A DNA stretch of 64,000 bases from Escherichia coli (GTDB taxonomy: Bacteria > Pseudomonadota > Gammaproteobacteria > Enterobacterales > Enterobacteriaceae), in assembly GCF_016903815.1 (NCBI RefSeq), contig NZ_CP069973.1; one strand, written 5' to 3'. The translations under genes were made by a program, and so were the position numbers. The notes under the pieces were generated by a model that saw only the letters and a program-made list of their open reading frames with translations, had not been told where the DNA came from and did not search any database. Of this stretch, positions 1-10,756 are shown in pieces. The first letter of the stretch is position 1. Every line of letters starts with the position of its first letter.

Positions 1-1202
1 CCGGGGAGCGAGAAACGACCCAGTACCAGTCAATCCCGATGGCACCACAACTTAACCCGTCGCATGCGGGCGGCGTGATTACTCTGCAACGCCATTATCA
101 GGGGATAGACAGCCGCTGGACACACCGTGGCGAGCTGGGCGTTCCGCTCACGTTCACTACCGGCCTGAACTACGAAAACATGAGTGAAAATCGCAAAGGC
201 TACAATAACTTCCGCCTGAATAGCGGCGTGCCGGAATACGGGCAAAAAGGTGAGTTGCGCCGCGACGAACGCAATCTGATGTGGAACGTCGATCCCTATT
301 TACAGACGCAGTGGCAGCTGAGCGAAAAACTGTCGCTGGATGCTGGCGTGCGCTACAGCTCCGTGTGGTTTGATTCCAACGACCATTACGTTACTCCGGG
401 TAACGGCGATGACAGCGGTGATGCCAGTTATCACAAATGGCTACCTGCCGGATCGTTAAAATATGCAATGACCGACGCCTGGAATATCTATCTGGCAGCC
501 GGGCGTGGTTTTGAAACGCCGACGATTAATGAGCTCTCTTATCGCGCTGATGGGCAAAGCGGTATGAACTTTGGTTTAAAACCATCCACCAACGATACAA
601 TTGAAATCGGCAGTAAAACGCGTATTGGTGATGGGCTGCTTAGTCTCGCATTGTTTCAGACCGACACTGATGATGAAATTGTTGTCGATAGCAGTAGCGG
701 TGGGCGTACGACCTACAAAAATGCCGGAAAGACCCGTCGTCAAGGAGCTGAAATGGCATGGGATCAACGTTTCGCGGGAGATTTTCGCGTAAAAGCGTCC
801 TGGACCTGGCTTGATGCGACCTATCGCAGCAATGTGTGCAATGAACAGGATTGTAACGGTAACCGGATGCCAGGGATCGCCCGTAATATGGGCTTTGCGT
901 CGATAGGTTATGTACCGGAAGATGGCTGGTATGCAGGCACGGAAGCGCGTTATATGGGTGATATTATGGCAGATGATGAAAATACGGCCAAAGCGCCGTC
1001 TTATACTCTCGTCGGCTTATTCACCGGGTATAAATACAATTACCACAATTTAACTGTGGATTTATTTGGTCGTGTCGATAATTTATTCGATAAAGAATAC
1101 GTTGGTTCTGTCATTGTCAATGAGTCAAACGGGCGATATTACGAACCTGCACCCGGGCGAAATTATGGTGTCGGCATGAATATTGCGTGGCGATTTGAGT
1201 AA
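1..1202 (+). CDS. yncD: TonB-dependent outer-membrane receptor, C-terminal ~400 aa (gene begins upstream of window)
   Basis: Open frame runs from window start with no upstream stop; beta-barrel-like C-terminus; sits next to mcbR as in K-12 order. Confidence 0.8.
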   Translation, partial: GERETTQYQSIPMAPQLNPSHAGGVITLQRHYQGIDSRWTHRGELGVPLTFTTGLNYENMSENRKGYNNFRLNSGVPEYGQKGELRRDERNLMWNVDPYLQTQWQLSEKLSLDAGVRYSSVWFDSNDHYVTPGNGDDSGDASYHKWLPAGSLKYAMTDAWNIYLAAGRGFETPTINELSYRADGQSGMNFGLKPSTNDTIEIGSKTRIGDGLLSLALFQTDTDDEIVVDSSSGGRTTYKNAGKTRRQGAEMAWDQRFAGDFRVKASWTWLDATYRSNVCNEQDCNGNRMPGIARNMGFASIGYVPEDGWYAGTEARYMGDIMADDENTAKAPSYTLVGLFTGYKYNYHNLTVDLFGRVDNLFDKEYVGSVIVNESNGRYYEPAPGRNYGVGMNIAWRFE

Positions 1203-1210
1203 TTACCTTG

Positions 1211-1232
1211 ATGCCCGGTATTTGCCGGGCAT
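1211..1232. terminator. Hairpin between convergent yncD and mcbR (atgcccgg...ccgggcat)
   Basis: Perfect 8-bp inverted repeat followed by AT-rich tract; no clean T-run. Confidence 0.45.
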
Positions 1233-1237
1233 TTAAT

Positions 1238-1903
1238 TTAACGATTGTATTGCTGGTATAAAATAGCAATATTTTGTTGCATAATTTCAGCAAGACAATG
1301 CCTGCATCCCTCTTTGTCTTTTGCTTTTAACGCGGCGAGTAATAGACGATAGTTTTCTATACGCTCCCGTAATTCCGCTGGATTAATCGCTTCATAGAGA
1401 TAATGTAAACCAGGTCCCATCCTGACCCACAGTTGCTCAATCATCTCACACAGGATGGGCATATTTGAACGATGATAAATCGCTAAGCGAAATAGCCTGT
1501 TCGCATTAACGATTTGTTCCATGTCGCCCTTTTCTTGCGCCTGCTGTAATTTCTCGAGCAATTCCTCGAGTTCCGCCAGGTCTTGCGGGGTGAGGTTTTC
1601 AACAGCCAGAGTAACTGCCATTAATTCCAGCTCGTAGCGGATCCGATTGATTTCGTCTAATTGACGTTTCCCCACTTCCGGAACTGTAAATGCTTGCGCT
1701 GGTGCGACAGAAAGCGCATTCACCGAAACCAGACGTAATAATGCTTCACGCACGGGTGTAATACTCATACCTAATTGCTCCGCCAGATTTTTAGTAATCA
1801 GGCGTACGCCAGGTTTTAGTGCGCCAATACTAAGCTGATGTTTCAGGTCGTTCTCAACCTTCATAGTTAAACTGATATGCGGTATTTTTTCCGTTCCAGG
1901 CAT
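1238..1903 (-). CDS. mcbR: GntR/FadR-family transcriptional regulator McbR (YncC)
   Basis: 221 aa ORF with N-terminal HTH-like region, FadR-like C-domain; synteny. Confidence 0.9.
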   Translation of the reverse strand: MPGTEKIPHISLTMKVENDLKHQLSIGALKPGVRLITKNLAEQLGMSITPVREALLRLVSVNALSVAPAQAFTVPEVGKRQLDEINRIRYELELMAVTLAVENLTPQDLAELEELLEKLQQAQEKGDMEQIVNANRLFRLAIYHRSNMPILCEMIEQLWVRMGPGLHYLYEAINPAELRERIENYRLLLAALKAKDKEGCRHCLAEIMQQNIAILYQQYNR

Positions 1904-2101
1904 GTTATTTCCTTTAGGCGTTTTCGTTCCAACTCTGCCAGCATAGCAGAAGTCGTTTACCTGGCGTATGAAGCTGAATAATCATTATCCACTCACCTTT
2001 ATTGTTATTAGCTACAGAACAGAGAAGTGATAAGTTAATTAAAGCTGGAAATAAGATTTTTGCCTGGATTTTTATGGCGGCTTTACGCCGCCGTCGTATC
2101 T

Positions 2102-3139
2102 TTAATCATCACCCGCCACGCGGATCACCACTTTGCCGAAGTTTTTACCCTTCAGCAGGCCGATAAATGTCTGTGGCGCATTCTCTAAACCGTCAGTAAT
2201 TTCTTCGCGGTAGTGGATTTTATCCTCTTTCACCCATTGCCCCATCTCCTTCTGAAACTCATGGATGCGGTGACCATAATCCTGAGCGATAATAAATCCT
2301 TGCAAGCGAATACGTTTTTTCAGCACCGTAGCCATCAGCAGAGGTAAACGATCCGGACCGGGTGGTAGCTCTGTAGCGTTATAGCTGCTCACTAAGCCGA
2401 AGACGGGAATGCGCGCAGATGTATTAAGTAACGGTAGCACCGCATCAAATACCTTACCGCCCACGTTTTCATAATAGATATCAATACCTTTTGGGCACGC
2501 TTTCGTCAGTTGTTCGGCAAAATCATCCGCATGGTGATCAAGGCAAACATCAAAACCTAACACCTCGGTAGCATGGCGGCATTTTTCCGCGCCACCGGCC
2601 ACCCCCACCACCCTGCAACCTTTAAGTTTGCCGATTTGACCCACCGTCGCCCCCACAGGACCTGTCGCCGCAGCAACAACCAATGTTTCGCCCTCTTTGG
2701 GCTGACCGATATCCAGCAGCCCCATATAAGCGGTAAAGCCTGGCATCCCCAGCACACCCAGCGACCACGATGGATTTTGCGGATGATCGCCAAGTTTCAC
2801 CAGTTCATCACCACTGGATATGTCATAGTCCTGCCATCCACTGTAGCCCAGCACCCAGTCGCCAGGCTGATAATCAGGATGATTCGACTCCACGACACGG
2901 CTCACCGTACCGCCGACCATCACGCCGCCAATATCAACAGGCGGTGAATAAGATGGCTCATCGCTCATACGTCCACGCATATACGGGTCCAGGGACAAAT
3001 AAACTGTGCGCAGTAACACCTGTCCTTCACTCGGTGTGGCGACATCATCTTCTTCAAGACGAAAGTTCTCCGGAACCGGCGCGCCATGCGGACGCGAGGC
3101 CAGAACCCAACGTCGATTACGCTGCTTTTGTTGCCCCAT
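2102..3139 (-). CDS. curA: NADPH-dependent curcumin/dihydrocurcumin reductase (MDR-family oxidoreductase)
   Basis: ORF track gives 376 aa; start trimmed to internal ATG (MGQQKQRNRRW...) giving 345 aa; Rossmann GxGxxG motif (AAATGPVGATVGQ). Confidence 0.9.
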   Translation of the reverse strand: MGQQKQRNRRWVLASRPHGAPVPENFRLEEDDVATPSEGQVLLRTVYLSLDPYMRGRMSDEPSYSPPVDIGGVMVGGTVSRVVESNHPDYQPGDWVLGYSGWQDYDISSGDELVKLGDHPQNPSWSLGVLGMPGFTAYMGLLDIGQPKEGETLVVAAATGPVGATVGQIGKLKGCRVVGVAGGAEKCRHATEVLGFDVCLDHHADDFAEQLTKACPKGIDIYYENVGGKVFDAVLPLLNTSARIPVFGLVSSYNATELPPGPDRLPLLMATVLKKRIRLQGFIIAQDYGHRIHEFQKEMGQWVKEDKIHYREEITDGLENAPQTFIGLLKGKNFGKVVIRVAGDD

Positions 3140-3319
3140 AATGCTCTCCTGTGCTTTTGGCATGAATCCATCAATAGTAGCAGGCTCGCAGGAATGGTTT
3201 TGTTTGCAGCCGTCACATCCCCTCTGCAACACGCAATAATTTCATCGAGGAATCCGTTGCTTCGGGCTGTTTTCGATAGTATTGATAACGTCATCATCAT
3301 TATTTAATCGAGGCCAAAC

Positions 3320-3838
3320 ATGTCCATCCGTTTTGCCCGCAAAGCCGACTGTGCTGCCATTGCGGAAATTTATAACCACGCCGTGTTGTATACGGCGGCT
3401 ATCTGGAATGACCAAACGGTGGATGCAGATAACCGCATTGCCTGGTTCGAAGCGCGGACTTTAGCAGGTTATCCAGTGCTGGTGAGCGAGGAAAACGGCG
3501 TAGTGACGGGATATGCCTCGTTTGGCGACTGGCGTAGTTTTGATGGTTTTCGCCATACCGTGGAACATTCGGTTTATGTCCATCCCGATCATCAGGGGAA
3601 AGGTCTGGGGCGTAAATTGTTAAGCCGATTGATTGATGAAGCGCGGGATTGCGGGAAGCATGTCATGGTCGCCGGGATCGAATCGCAAAATCAGGCCTCG
3701 CTGCATCTGCACCAGTCGCTGGGATTTGTCGTCACCGCACAAATGCCGCAGGTAGGCACTAAATTTGGTCGTTGGCTGGATCTGACATTTATGCAGTTGC
3801 AACTCGACGAGCGCACTGAACCGGACGCGATTGGATGA
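3320..3838 (+). CDS. mnaT: GNAT L-amino acid N-acyltransferase (methionine sulfoximine/sulfone acetyltransferase)
   Basis: 172 aa GNAT-fold ORF; synteny (yncA). Confidence 0.9.
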   Translation: MSIRFARKADCAAIAEIYNHAVLYTAAIWNDQTVDADNRIAWFEARTLAGYPVLVSEENGVVTGYASFGDWRSFDGFRHTVEHSVYVHPDHQGKGLGRKLLSRLIDEARDCGKHVMVAGIESQNQASLHLHQSLGFVVTAQMPQVGTKFGRWLDLTFMQLQLDERTEPDAIG

Positions 3839-4284
3839 ATCAGTCGCTTACCCTTGCTTTTTTGATTGCCGCCGGAATTGGTCTGGTGGTGCAAAACACG
3901 CTGATGGTGCGCATCACCCAGAGCTCCTCTACCATTCTCATCGCCATGTTGCTGAACTCTTTGGTAGGAATTGTGCTGTTCGTTTCTATTTTGTGGTTTA
4001 AACAAGGTATGGAGGGGTTTGGTGAACTGGTGTCCAGCGTGCGCTGGTGGACACTTATACCTGGCTTGCTGGGATCGTTTTTTGTCTTCGCCAGTATCAG
4101 CGGATATCAGAATGTGGGAGCGGCGACAACTATTGCGGTACTGGTCGCCAGCCAGCTGATTGGCGGTCTGGTGCTGGATATCTTCCGCAGCCATGGCGTA
4201 CCACTACGAGCGTTGATCGGCCCAATTTGTGGCGCAATTTTACTTGTGGTTGGCGCCTGGCTGGTGGCCAGACGCTCATTTTAA
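3835..4284 (+). CDS. ydcZ: DMT-superfamily inner membrane protein YdcZ
   Basis: 149 aa, 4-5 hydrophobic helices; overlaps mnaT stop by 4 nt. Confidence 0.85.
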   Translation: MNQSLTLAFLIAAGIGLVVQNTLMVRITQSSSTILIAMLLNSLVGIVLFVSILWFKQGMEGFGELVSSVRWWTLIPGLLGSFFVFASISGYQNVGAATTIAVLVASQLIGGLVLDIFRSHGVPLRALIGPICGAILLVVGAWLVARRSF

Positions 4285-4518
4285 TCAGAGGATGGTGCCG
4301 CCTTTGGTTAACTGTTCATGGCGCGCTTCCATATCTTCTTTATGTTTGCGACCGTGATGGGCGATCGCTGTGCGCAGACGCTGCTGCTGGGTATAGCGTT
4401 CTTCCCGACTTAACTCCGCATCATCGCTCAGGGCGATTAATAATTCGTTCATATGGGCAATGACGCTCTCTTCAATCGCGGCATCCACGCGCGCGATGAC
4501 TTCATCCAGATGCGACAT
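4285..4518 (-). CDS. ydcY: Small uncharacterized protein YdcY
   Basis: 77 aa charged ORF; synteny. Confidence 0.8.
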   Translation of the reverse strand: MSHLDEVIARVDAAIEESVIAHMNELLIALSDDAELSREERYTQQQRLRTAIAHHGRKHKEDMEARHEQLTKGGTIL

Positions 4519-4603
4519 ACTTTCTCCTTAGCCACTTGTGAAATTTATCGATTCATCCAAATGATATAAGTCTGCGTGGTGCCGTCAAGCCAGTGAGTAA
4601 GAT

Positions 4604-4777
4604 TTAAAACAGTGAAAACAACAGCGCCACCGGGAAACTCATCGGCCATGTTGCCCCCACCAGAAAGGCGCTTAAGAAACGGATGCGTTTCTTATCGTGA
4701 GAAAGAAACCAGGTGATAAGAAATGAGATTGCTGCCATAACCGCATAAAAAACAAGCATATGTTGATAGAGAGACAT
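4604..4777 (-). CDS. ortT: Orphan small membrane toxin OrtT (YdcX)
   Basis: ORF trimmed to internal Met (MSLYQHMLVFYAVMAAISFLITWF...), 57 aa, two predicted TM helices. Confidence 0.75.
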   Translation of the reverse strand: MSLYQHMLVFYAVMAAISFLITWFLSHDKKRIRFLSAFLVGATWPMSFPVALLFSLF

Positions 4778-4974
4778 GTACGGGCGTCCAGCCAGATGAA
4801 TAAAACGCGCGCAAATATGCGTCATTTTTTGACGTACATCAAGTTTTTTAACCGGTTTGAGAAAAAAACATCAAACAGCAACTTGCCCTTATCCATCTTC
4901 AGAATGAGTATTATTGCGGATTTTCTTAACCCGTACTATACACATAGGGGCAATGATAAAAGGTGGCAAAAATG

Positions 4975-5067
4975 AATGTTTCCAGTAGAACTGTAGTACT
5001 GATAAATGTCTTTGCTGCTGTTAGTTTGTTTACTCTTATCTCTATGAGATTTGGCTGGTTTATTTGA
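4975..5067 (+). CDS. yncL: Small hydrophobic protein YncL-like (30 aa, MFSSRTVVLINVFAAVSLFTLISMRFGWFI)
   Basis: Short ORF in ortT-patD intergenic region; upstream ATG at 4971 is out of frame because of a T4 run. Confidence 0.5.
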   Translation, partial: NVSSRTVVLINVFAAVSLFTLISMRFGWFI

Positions 5068-5163
5068 TGTAGTGATTTTGCACGCAGCACGTACTGTCAG
5101 AGAAATCAGTGCTCTGACAGTACGCAAGATCTTCTCATACTCTTACGATCTGCAATATTATCC

Positions 5164-6588
5164 TTAATGTTTAACCATGACGTGGCGGACGACGGTGTAA
5201 TCCTCCAGCCCATAAAGTGACATATCCTTGCCGTAACCAGAAAGTTTCTGCCCACCGTGCGGCATTTCACTTACCAGCATGAAATGGGTATTGACCCAGG
5301 TACAACCATATTGCAGCCGCGCGCTGACGCGATGCGCCCTGCCCACATCTTTCGTCCATACCGAGGATGCAAGTCCATACTGGCTGTCATTTGCCCAGTT
5401 TACCACCTGTTCTTCATTGTCGAAGAGCGTAACACTCACTACTGGACCAAATACCTCTTTTTGCACGATGGCATCGTCCTGTAATGCGCCAGCCAGTAGC
5501 GTCGGCGCATAGTAATAGCCATTACCCTTGCGCTTTTCACCGCCAGTGATCACTTTGATGTGCCCTGTCGCTTTCGCCTCTTCTACCGCCTTGCTGACGC
5601 GTTCGAGATGCGCCAGCGAACTTAAAGGTCCAAGCTCCGTAGAGTCGTCATCCGGCGCACCCGATTTTAACGTTGCCACTGCAGCACCAAGTTTTTCCAC
5701 CAGCGTATCGTAAATGCCTTTTTGCGCATAGATCCGACAAGCCGCTGTACAATCCTGTCCGGCATTGTAATAGCCAAAAGTACGTACACCTTCGACCACC
5801 GCTTCAATATCCGCATCATCAAAAACTATCACTGGCGCTTTGCCACCAAGTTCCATATGAGTACGCTTTATGGACGGCGCGGTATGGCTGATGATGTGCT
5901 CGCCGGTGGCGATAGAGCCCGTCAGCGACACCATCCGCACTTTGGGATGACCGGTCAGCGGATCGCCCACCGTTTTGCCTCTGCCAAACAGTACGTTAAT
6001 CACGCCTGCCGGGAAGATATCTTTCGCCAGCTCTGCCAACTTCAACGCGGTCAGCGGGGTAATTTCTGATGGTTTAAGCACTACACAGTTCCCTGCCGCC
6101 AGCGCCGGAGCCAGTTTCCACGCGGCCATCATCAGCGGATAATTCCACGGTGCGATCGAAGCCACGACCCCCAACGGATCGCGACGGATCATCGAAGTAT
6201 GACCTTCAAGATATTCACCTGCCGCCAGACCATTCAGACAGCGCGCCGCACCAGCGAAAAAGCGAAAAACATCGACAATCGCCGGGATTTCATCATTGAA
6301 CGCACTATGCAGCGGTTTGCCACAATTACGGGACTCCAGTTCGGCAAAAACCTGACCATTTTCTTCGATAACATCAGCCAGTTTCAGCAGACATTCCGCA
6401 CGCACTTTCGGCGTGGTTTGCCCCCATTCGGCAAATGCTGCATCTGCCGCGCGCACAGCAGCATCGACCTGCTCTGCGGATGCCTCGGCAATCTCCAGTA
6501 AAACGTCCCCCGTTGCCGGATTATAGACAGGCTGTTTTTCCCCTTCGCCGCTAACCAGTTCTCCGTTAATCAGTAACTTATGTTGCAT
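5164..6588 (-). CDS. patD: Gamma-aminobutyraldehyde dehydrogenase (aldehyde dehydrogenase family)
   Basis: 474 aa; ALDH catalytic motifs (ELGGK, GQDCTAA); first gene downstream of ydcSTUV. Confidence 0.92.
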   Translation of the reverse strand: MQHKLLINGELVSGEGEKQPVYNPATGDVLLEIAEASAEQVDAAVRAADAAFAEWGQTTPKVRAECLLKLADVIEENGQVFAELESRNCGKPLHSAFNDEIPAIVDVFRFFAGAARCLNGLAAGEYLEGHTSMIRRDPLGVVASIAPWNYPLMMAAWKLAPALAAGNCVVLKPSEITPLTALKLAELAKDIFPAGVINVLFGRGKTVGDPLTGHPKVRMVSLTGSIATGEHIISHTAPSIKRTHMELGGKAPVIVFDDADIEAVVEGVRTFGYYNAGQDCTAACRIYAQKGIYDTLVEKLGAAVATLKSGAPDDDSTELGPLSSLAHLERVSKAVEEAKATGHIKVITGGEKRKGNGYYYAPTLLAGALQDDAIVQKEVFGPVVSVTLFDNEEQVVNWANDSQYGLASSVWTKDVGRAHRVSARLQYGCTWVNTHFMLVSEMPHGGQKLSGYGKDMSLYGLEDYTVVRHVMVKH

Positions 6589-6609
6589 AGCATATTCCTG
6601 TATCAGTGG

Positions 6610-7404
6610 TTATTGACCATTGTCGCCTTCGCGGGTTAGCCACCAGGCCCCCAGGATCGGCAAGGTTGTTACCAACATAACCAGCAGTGCCACCACGTTG
6701 GTTACCGGTACATCACGCGGTCGCCCAAGCTGATTGAGCAACCACAACGGTAACGTTCGTTCATGACCTGCCGTAAAGGTCGTCACGATGATTTCATCGA
6801 ACGACAAGGCAAACGCCAGCATTCCTCCTGCCAGTAACGCCGAACTGAGATTCGGCAACACTACGTAGCGGAAGGTTTGCCAGCCATTGGCCCCAAGATC
6901 CATTGACGCCTCAACCAGACTCCACGAGGTGCGGCGAAAACGGGCGATGACATTGTTAAACACCACAACTACACAAAAAGTCGCATGACCGACCACGATG
7001 GTGAAAAATCCCGGCTCCAGATTGATGGTTTTAAAGGCGGTTAACAACGCCAGACCAGTGACAATGCCCGGCAGCGCAATGGGCAGCAGCAGTAACAGCG
7101 AAATGGCGTTTTTGCCGAAAAAGTCTCGTCGCCACAGCGCGGCAGCGGCCAGCGTCCCTAACACCAGCGCCATTAATGTCGCCAGCGCCGCCACTTTAAG
7201 TGACAGTGTCACGGCATCAAGAATATCACTACGCTGTGCTGCCACGCTAAACCAGCGCAGCGTCAGGCCCTGCGGTGGAAAACTAAACGCCGCATCTTCA
7301 GTGTTAAACGCATAGGCGGCGATAATCAGGATGGGAAAATGTAGGAAAACCACGCCGCCCCAGGCCGCCAGTTTGAGGAAAAACGGTGCGCGTTCAGAGT
7401 GCAT
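6610..7404 (-). CDS. ydcV: ABC transporter permease YdcV
   Basis: 264 aa, multiple TM segments, PotC-like; synteny. Confidence 0.9.
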   Translation of the reverse strand: MHSERAPFFLKLAAWGGVVFLHFPILIIAAYAFNTEDAAFSFPPQGLTLRWFSVAAQRSDILDAVTLSLKVAALATLMALVLGTLAAAALWRRDFFGKNAISLLLLLPIALPGIVTGLALLTAFKTINLEPGFFTIVVGHATFCVVVVFNNVIARFRRTSWSLVEASMDLGANGWQTFRYVVLPNLSSALLAGGMLAFALSFDEIIVTTFTAGHERTLPLWLLNQLGRPRDVPVTNVVALLVMLVTTLPILGAWWLTREGDNGQ

Positions 7405-8335
7405 CGAACGCTCCCAGACGTTTCACGAACGCCAGGTACAGTGCGATGAGAACAATCGGCACCAGGGTGAATGCCGCCGCCATCGGCATATTGCCAATCG
7501 CTCCCTGCTGGGAATAAACCATATTGCCGATAAAATATCCTGGAGGGCCAACCAGCTGCGGAACAATAAAATCGCCCAGTGTGAGTGAAAAGGTAAAGAT
7601 AGAGCCAGCGGCAATACCAGGGATTGCCAGCGGCAGCACCACATAGCGAAAGGTTTGCCGTGGACGCGCGCCAAGATCAGCCGACGCCTGCAACAATGAC
7701 GGCGGCAAACGCTCAAGCGCCGCCTGCACGGGCAGGATCATGAACGGCAGCCAGATATAGAGAAACACCAGAAAGCGCCCCAGCCCGGAAGTTGACAGCG
7801 TATTGCCGCCCACCGCAGGTAATGTAAGGAACGCAGTCAGCAGTGGTTCCAGCCCAAGATGTTGTAAAAACCACTGAGCCACGCCATCTTTTGCCAGCAA
7901 TAACGTCCAGGCATAGGCTTTAACAATGTAGCTCGCCCACATCGGCAACATTACCGCAATATAAAAAAACGCTTTCATTTTCCCGCTGGTATAGCGCGCC
8001 ATATACCACGCCATTGGAAAAGCCAGAATGGCGCTGGCGATAGTGACTGCCACAGCCATAGTCAGCGTGCGGAGAATGATGTCGTAATTCGCCGGATTAA
8101 ACAGCGCACGGATATTCGCCAGCGTCAGTTCCGGCGTTACCGACATGGTGAAATCGTCAAAGGTATAAAATCCCTGCCATAACAGTGTCAGCAGCGAGCC
8201 GAAATAGACAATGCCAAACCACATTAGCGGGCCAAGCAGCAGTAAAAACAGCCCCAGCCCCGGATTACGCCAGAAGAAACCGGACACCTTACCCAGACCT
8301 GGACGTGAAGGTGATTGCAATACATTCATCGCCAT
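7394..8335 (-). CDS. ydcU: ABC transporter permease YdcU
   Basis: 313 aa, PotB-like permease; overlaps ydcV start. Confidence 0.9.
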   Translation of the reverse strand: MAMNVLQSPSRPGLGKVSGFFWRNPGLGLFLLLLGPLMWFGIVYFGSLLTLLWQGFYTFDDFTMSVTPELTLANIRALFNPANYDIILRTLTMAVAVTIASAILAFPMAWYMARYTSGKMKAFFYIAVMLPMWASYIVKAYAWTLLLAKDGVAQWFLQHLGLEPLLTAFLTLPAVGGNTLSTSGLGRFLVFLYIWLPFMILPVQAALERLPPSLLQASADLGARPRQTFRYVVLPLAIPGIAAGSIFTFSLTLGDFIVPQLVGPPGYFIGNMVYSQQGAIGNMPMAAAFTLVPIVLIALYLAFVKRLGAFDAL

Positions 8336-9349
8336 TCACCTCTCCTCAACCAGCGGCACCATCACATCACGCGACCAGGAAACCATCACCTGTTGTCCGG
8401 GCGTGAGCGTGGCAGGCAGTTCTTCGCCTGTCATATTGGCCTGACTCACAAGCAGTTTTTCACCGCCGTTCAATTTCAGTTCAAAACGAGTTGCCGCGCC
8501 CTGATATTGCACCGCCTGGATCGTGCCATTGGCCTGCAGTTCACCAGGGGTGTTGAGGCGGATATGTTCCGGTCGCAGGGCGAAGCTTCCCGTCATGCCA
8601 CAAAGTTTCTCTGCCATCAGTCCATCAAAAACATTCGATGTACCAACGAACCCGGCAACAAACGGCGTGCGCGGGCGCATATAGAGATCGCGCGGGGAAT
8701 CGACCTGCTCAATGCGTCCATTATTGAAAACCGCAACACGATCGGACATCGATAACGCTTCGCCCTGATCGTGGGTAACGAAGATAAAAGTGATACCGAG
8801 AGACTGTTGCAGCTTTTTCAGTTCCAGTTGCATCTGCTCACGCAATTTGAGATCCAGTGCGCCGAGCGGTTCATCCAACAGCAATACGCGCGGTTCATTC
8901 ACCAATGCTCTGGCGATAGCAACCCGCTGGCGCTGACCACCAGAAAGTTGTGACGGTTTACGTTGCTGTACAAACCCCAACGCCACTTTCTCCAGCGCCT
9001 CTTGCGCCATTGCGTGCCGCTGCTTTTTATTCACGCCTTTGACCATCAGCCCATAGGCGACATTGTCAAGAATCGACATATGCGGAAATAGCGCGTAGTC
9101 CTGGAAGACAGTATTCACGTCCCGCTCCCACGGTGGCAGATTGCTGGCGGGTTTACCAAAGATAGAGATAGCCCCGCCGGAAAGCTTTTCGAAGCCAGCA
9201 ATCAGGCGCAGGCAGGTGGTTTTGCCGGAGCCGGACGGCCCCAGCATAGAGAAGAACTCACCATCTTTTATCGCAATACTGACGCCATCTACTGCGCGCA
9301 CGTCACCGTACAACCGCGAGACGTTGTCAAACTCCACTGCGTACGTCAT
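8336..9349 (-). CDS. ydcT: ABC transporter ATP-binding protein YdcT
   Basis: 337 aa; Walker A GPSGSGKTT, ABC signature LSGGQRQR, Walker B LLLDEP. Confidence 0.9.
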   Translation of the reverse strand: MTYAVEFDNVSRLYGDVRAVDGVSIAIKDGEFFSMLGPSGSGKTTCLRLIAGFEKLSGGAISIFGKPASNLPPWERDVNTVFQDYALFPHMSILDNVAYGLMVKGVNKKQRHAMAQEALEKVALGFVQQRKPSQLSGGQRQRVAIARALVNEPRVLLLDEPLGALDLKLREQMQLELKKLQQSLGITFIFVTHDQGEALSMSDRVAVFNNGRIEQVDSPRDLYMRPRTPFVAGFVGTSNVFDGLMAEKLCGMTGSFALRPEHIRLNTPGELQANGTIQAVQYQGAATRFELKLNGGEKLLVSQANMTGEELPATLTPGQQVMVSWSRDVMVPLVEER

Positions 9350-9366
9350 AAAACACCCCAGCGAAG

Positions 9367-10512
9367 TTAGCGACCGCCCATAATGGCAATGTAATCCTGC
9401 GTCCAGCGACTGTAGGGAACAAACTTGCCCCCTTCTGCTATAGGTGTTTTCCAGAAGGCGATTTTATCGAAATAGTTAAAACCGTTGGTTTCACAACCTT
9501 TTTTGCCTAATAACGGACTGGCTTTACACCCTTCCGGCACTACCGGTAACGAGCCAAACCAGGCCGCCACATCGCCCTGCACTTTTGGCGTTAATGACCA
9601 GTTCATCCATTTGTAGGCGCAAACCGGATGTTTCGCTTCACTATGTAGCATGGTGGTGTCAGCCCAACCGGTAACGCCCTCTTTCGGGAATACGGTCGCG
9701 ACAGGCTGGCCTTCGGCTTTCAGGGCGTTGGCCTGATAGGGCCATGCACTGGAAGCAACCACACCCTCGTTTTTGAAATCGCTCATTTGTACGGTAGTGT
9801 CATGCCAGTAGCGATGGATCAAACTATGTTGATCGCGCAGCACTTTCAGCACCGCCTGGTACTGTTCTTCGGTGAGTTGATACGGATCGCTGATGCCCAA
9901 CTGAGGCTGAGTGGCTTTAACGAACAACGCAGCGTCCGCAATGTAGATAGGGCCATCATAAGCCTGAACGCGGCCTTTATTGCTCTTGCCGTCCGGCAGA
10001 TTCTGCTCAACAAAAACCACTTGCCAGCTATCCGGCGGCGTCGGGAAGGTTTTAGTGTTGTACATCAACAGGTTCGGACCCCATTGGTAAGGTGTGCCAT
10101 AAACTTTGCCACTAACGTTAAACCAGTCGCCTTTAACCACGCGCGGATCGAGCGTTTTCCAGTTGGGAATCAATGAGGTATTAATCGGCTGCACGCGTTT
10201 GCCCATAATCAGGCGCAGCGAGGCATCGCCGGATGCCGTAACCAGATCGTAACCCCCTTTGGTCATCAGACTGACCATTTCATCGGAAGTCGCGGCGGTT
10301 TTCACATTCACCGCGCAGCCAGTCTCTTTTTCGAATTGCGTTACCCAGTCGTATTGTTTATCAGTTTGTCCGCGTTCGATGTATCCCGGCCAGGCGATAA
10401 TATCCAGTCGCCCTTCCGGTTTATCTAAATTGGTAGGTGGTTCGGCGGCGTGAGCGGTCATTATTGTCATGGTGAGCGCACACAGGCTGCTGCGGGCAAA
10501 TGTCTTGCTCAT
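9367..10512 (-). CDS. ydcS: Periplasmic polyamine-type substrate-binding protein YdcS
   Basis: 381 aa with N-terminal signal peptide; PotD/PotF-like. Confidence 0.9.
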   Translation of the reverse strand: MSKTFARSSLCALTMTIMTAHAAEPPTNLDKPEGRLDIIAWPGYIERGQTDKQYDWVTQFEKETGCAVNVKTAATSDEMVSLMTKGGYDLVTASGDASLRLIMGKRVQPINTSLIPNWKTLDPRVVKGDWFNVSGKVYGTPYQWGPNLLMYNTKTFPTPPDSWQVVFVEQNLPDGKSNKGRVQAYDGPIYIADAALFVKATQPQLGISDPYQLTEEQYQAVLKVLRDQHSLIHRYWHDTTVQMSDFKNEGVVASSAWPYQANALKAEGQPVATVFPKEGVTGWADTTMLHSEAKHPVCAYKWMNWSLTPKVQGDVAAWFGSLPVVPEGCKASPLLGKKGCETNGFNYFDKIAFWKTPIAEGGKFVPYSRWTQDYIAIMGGR

Positions 10513-10756
10513 AAAGTCTTACTCCTGTCGTAATTAATTGTTCAGCCGCCGTGCCGTAAAAATATCTCCTTGTTTAACCATAGACGGCGGCTTGCAGGCA
10601 CACCTTCGCCCCTGAGAAAATTTAATCAGGTTGTGAGCTACCGCGCATTATGCCGTCTGTAAGGTTATCTTCTGGAGTATAGACAAGGAGTTAGGAAATA
10701 TGACTGCTATTCGAAATTCATATTACCCAACCTGAGAGGAATTTAATTAAACGCTA

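Noticed and set aside
2050-2100. Hairpin ggcggctttacgccgcc downstream of curA
   Set aside because: No T-run on either strand, so not called as a terminator.
3140-3232. N-terminal extension of curA (376 aa form)
   Set aside because: Upstream extension is Cys-rich and lacks the oxidoreductase fold; the internal Met gives the canonical length.
5164-10512. ydcSTUV-patD as a novel transport system
   Set aside because: Well-known conserved polyamine/GABA-related operon; ordinary core content.
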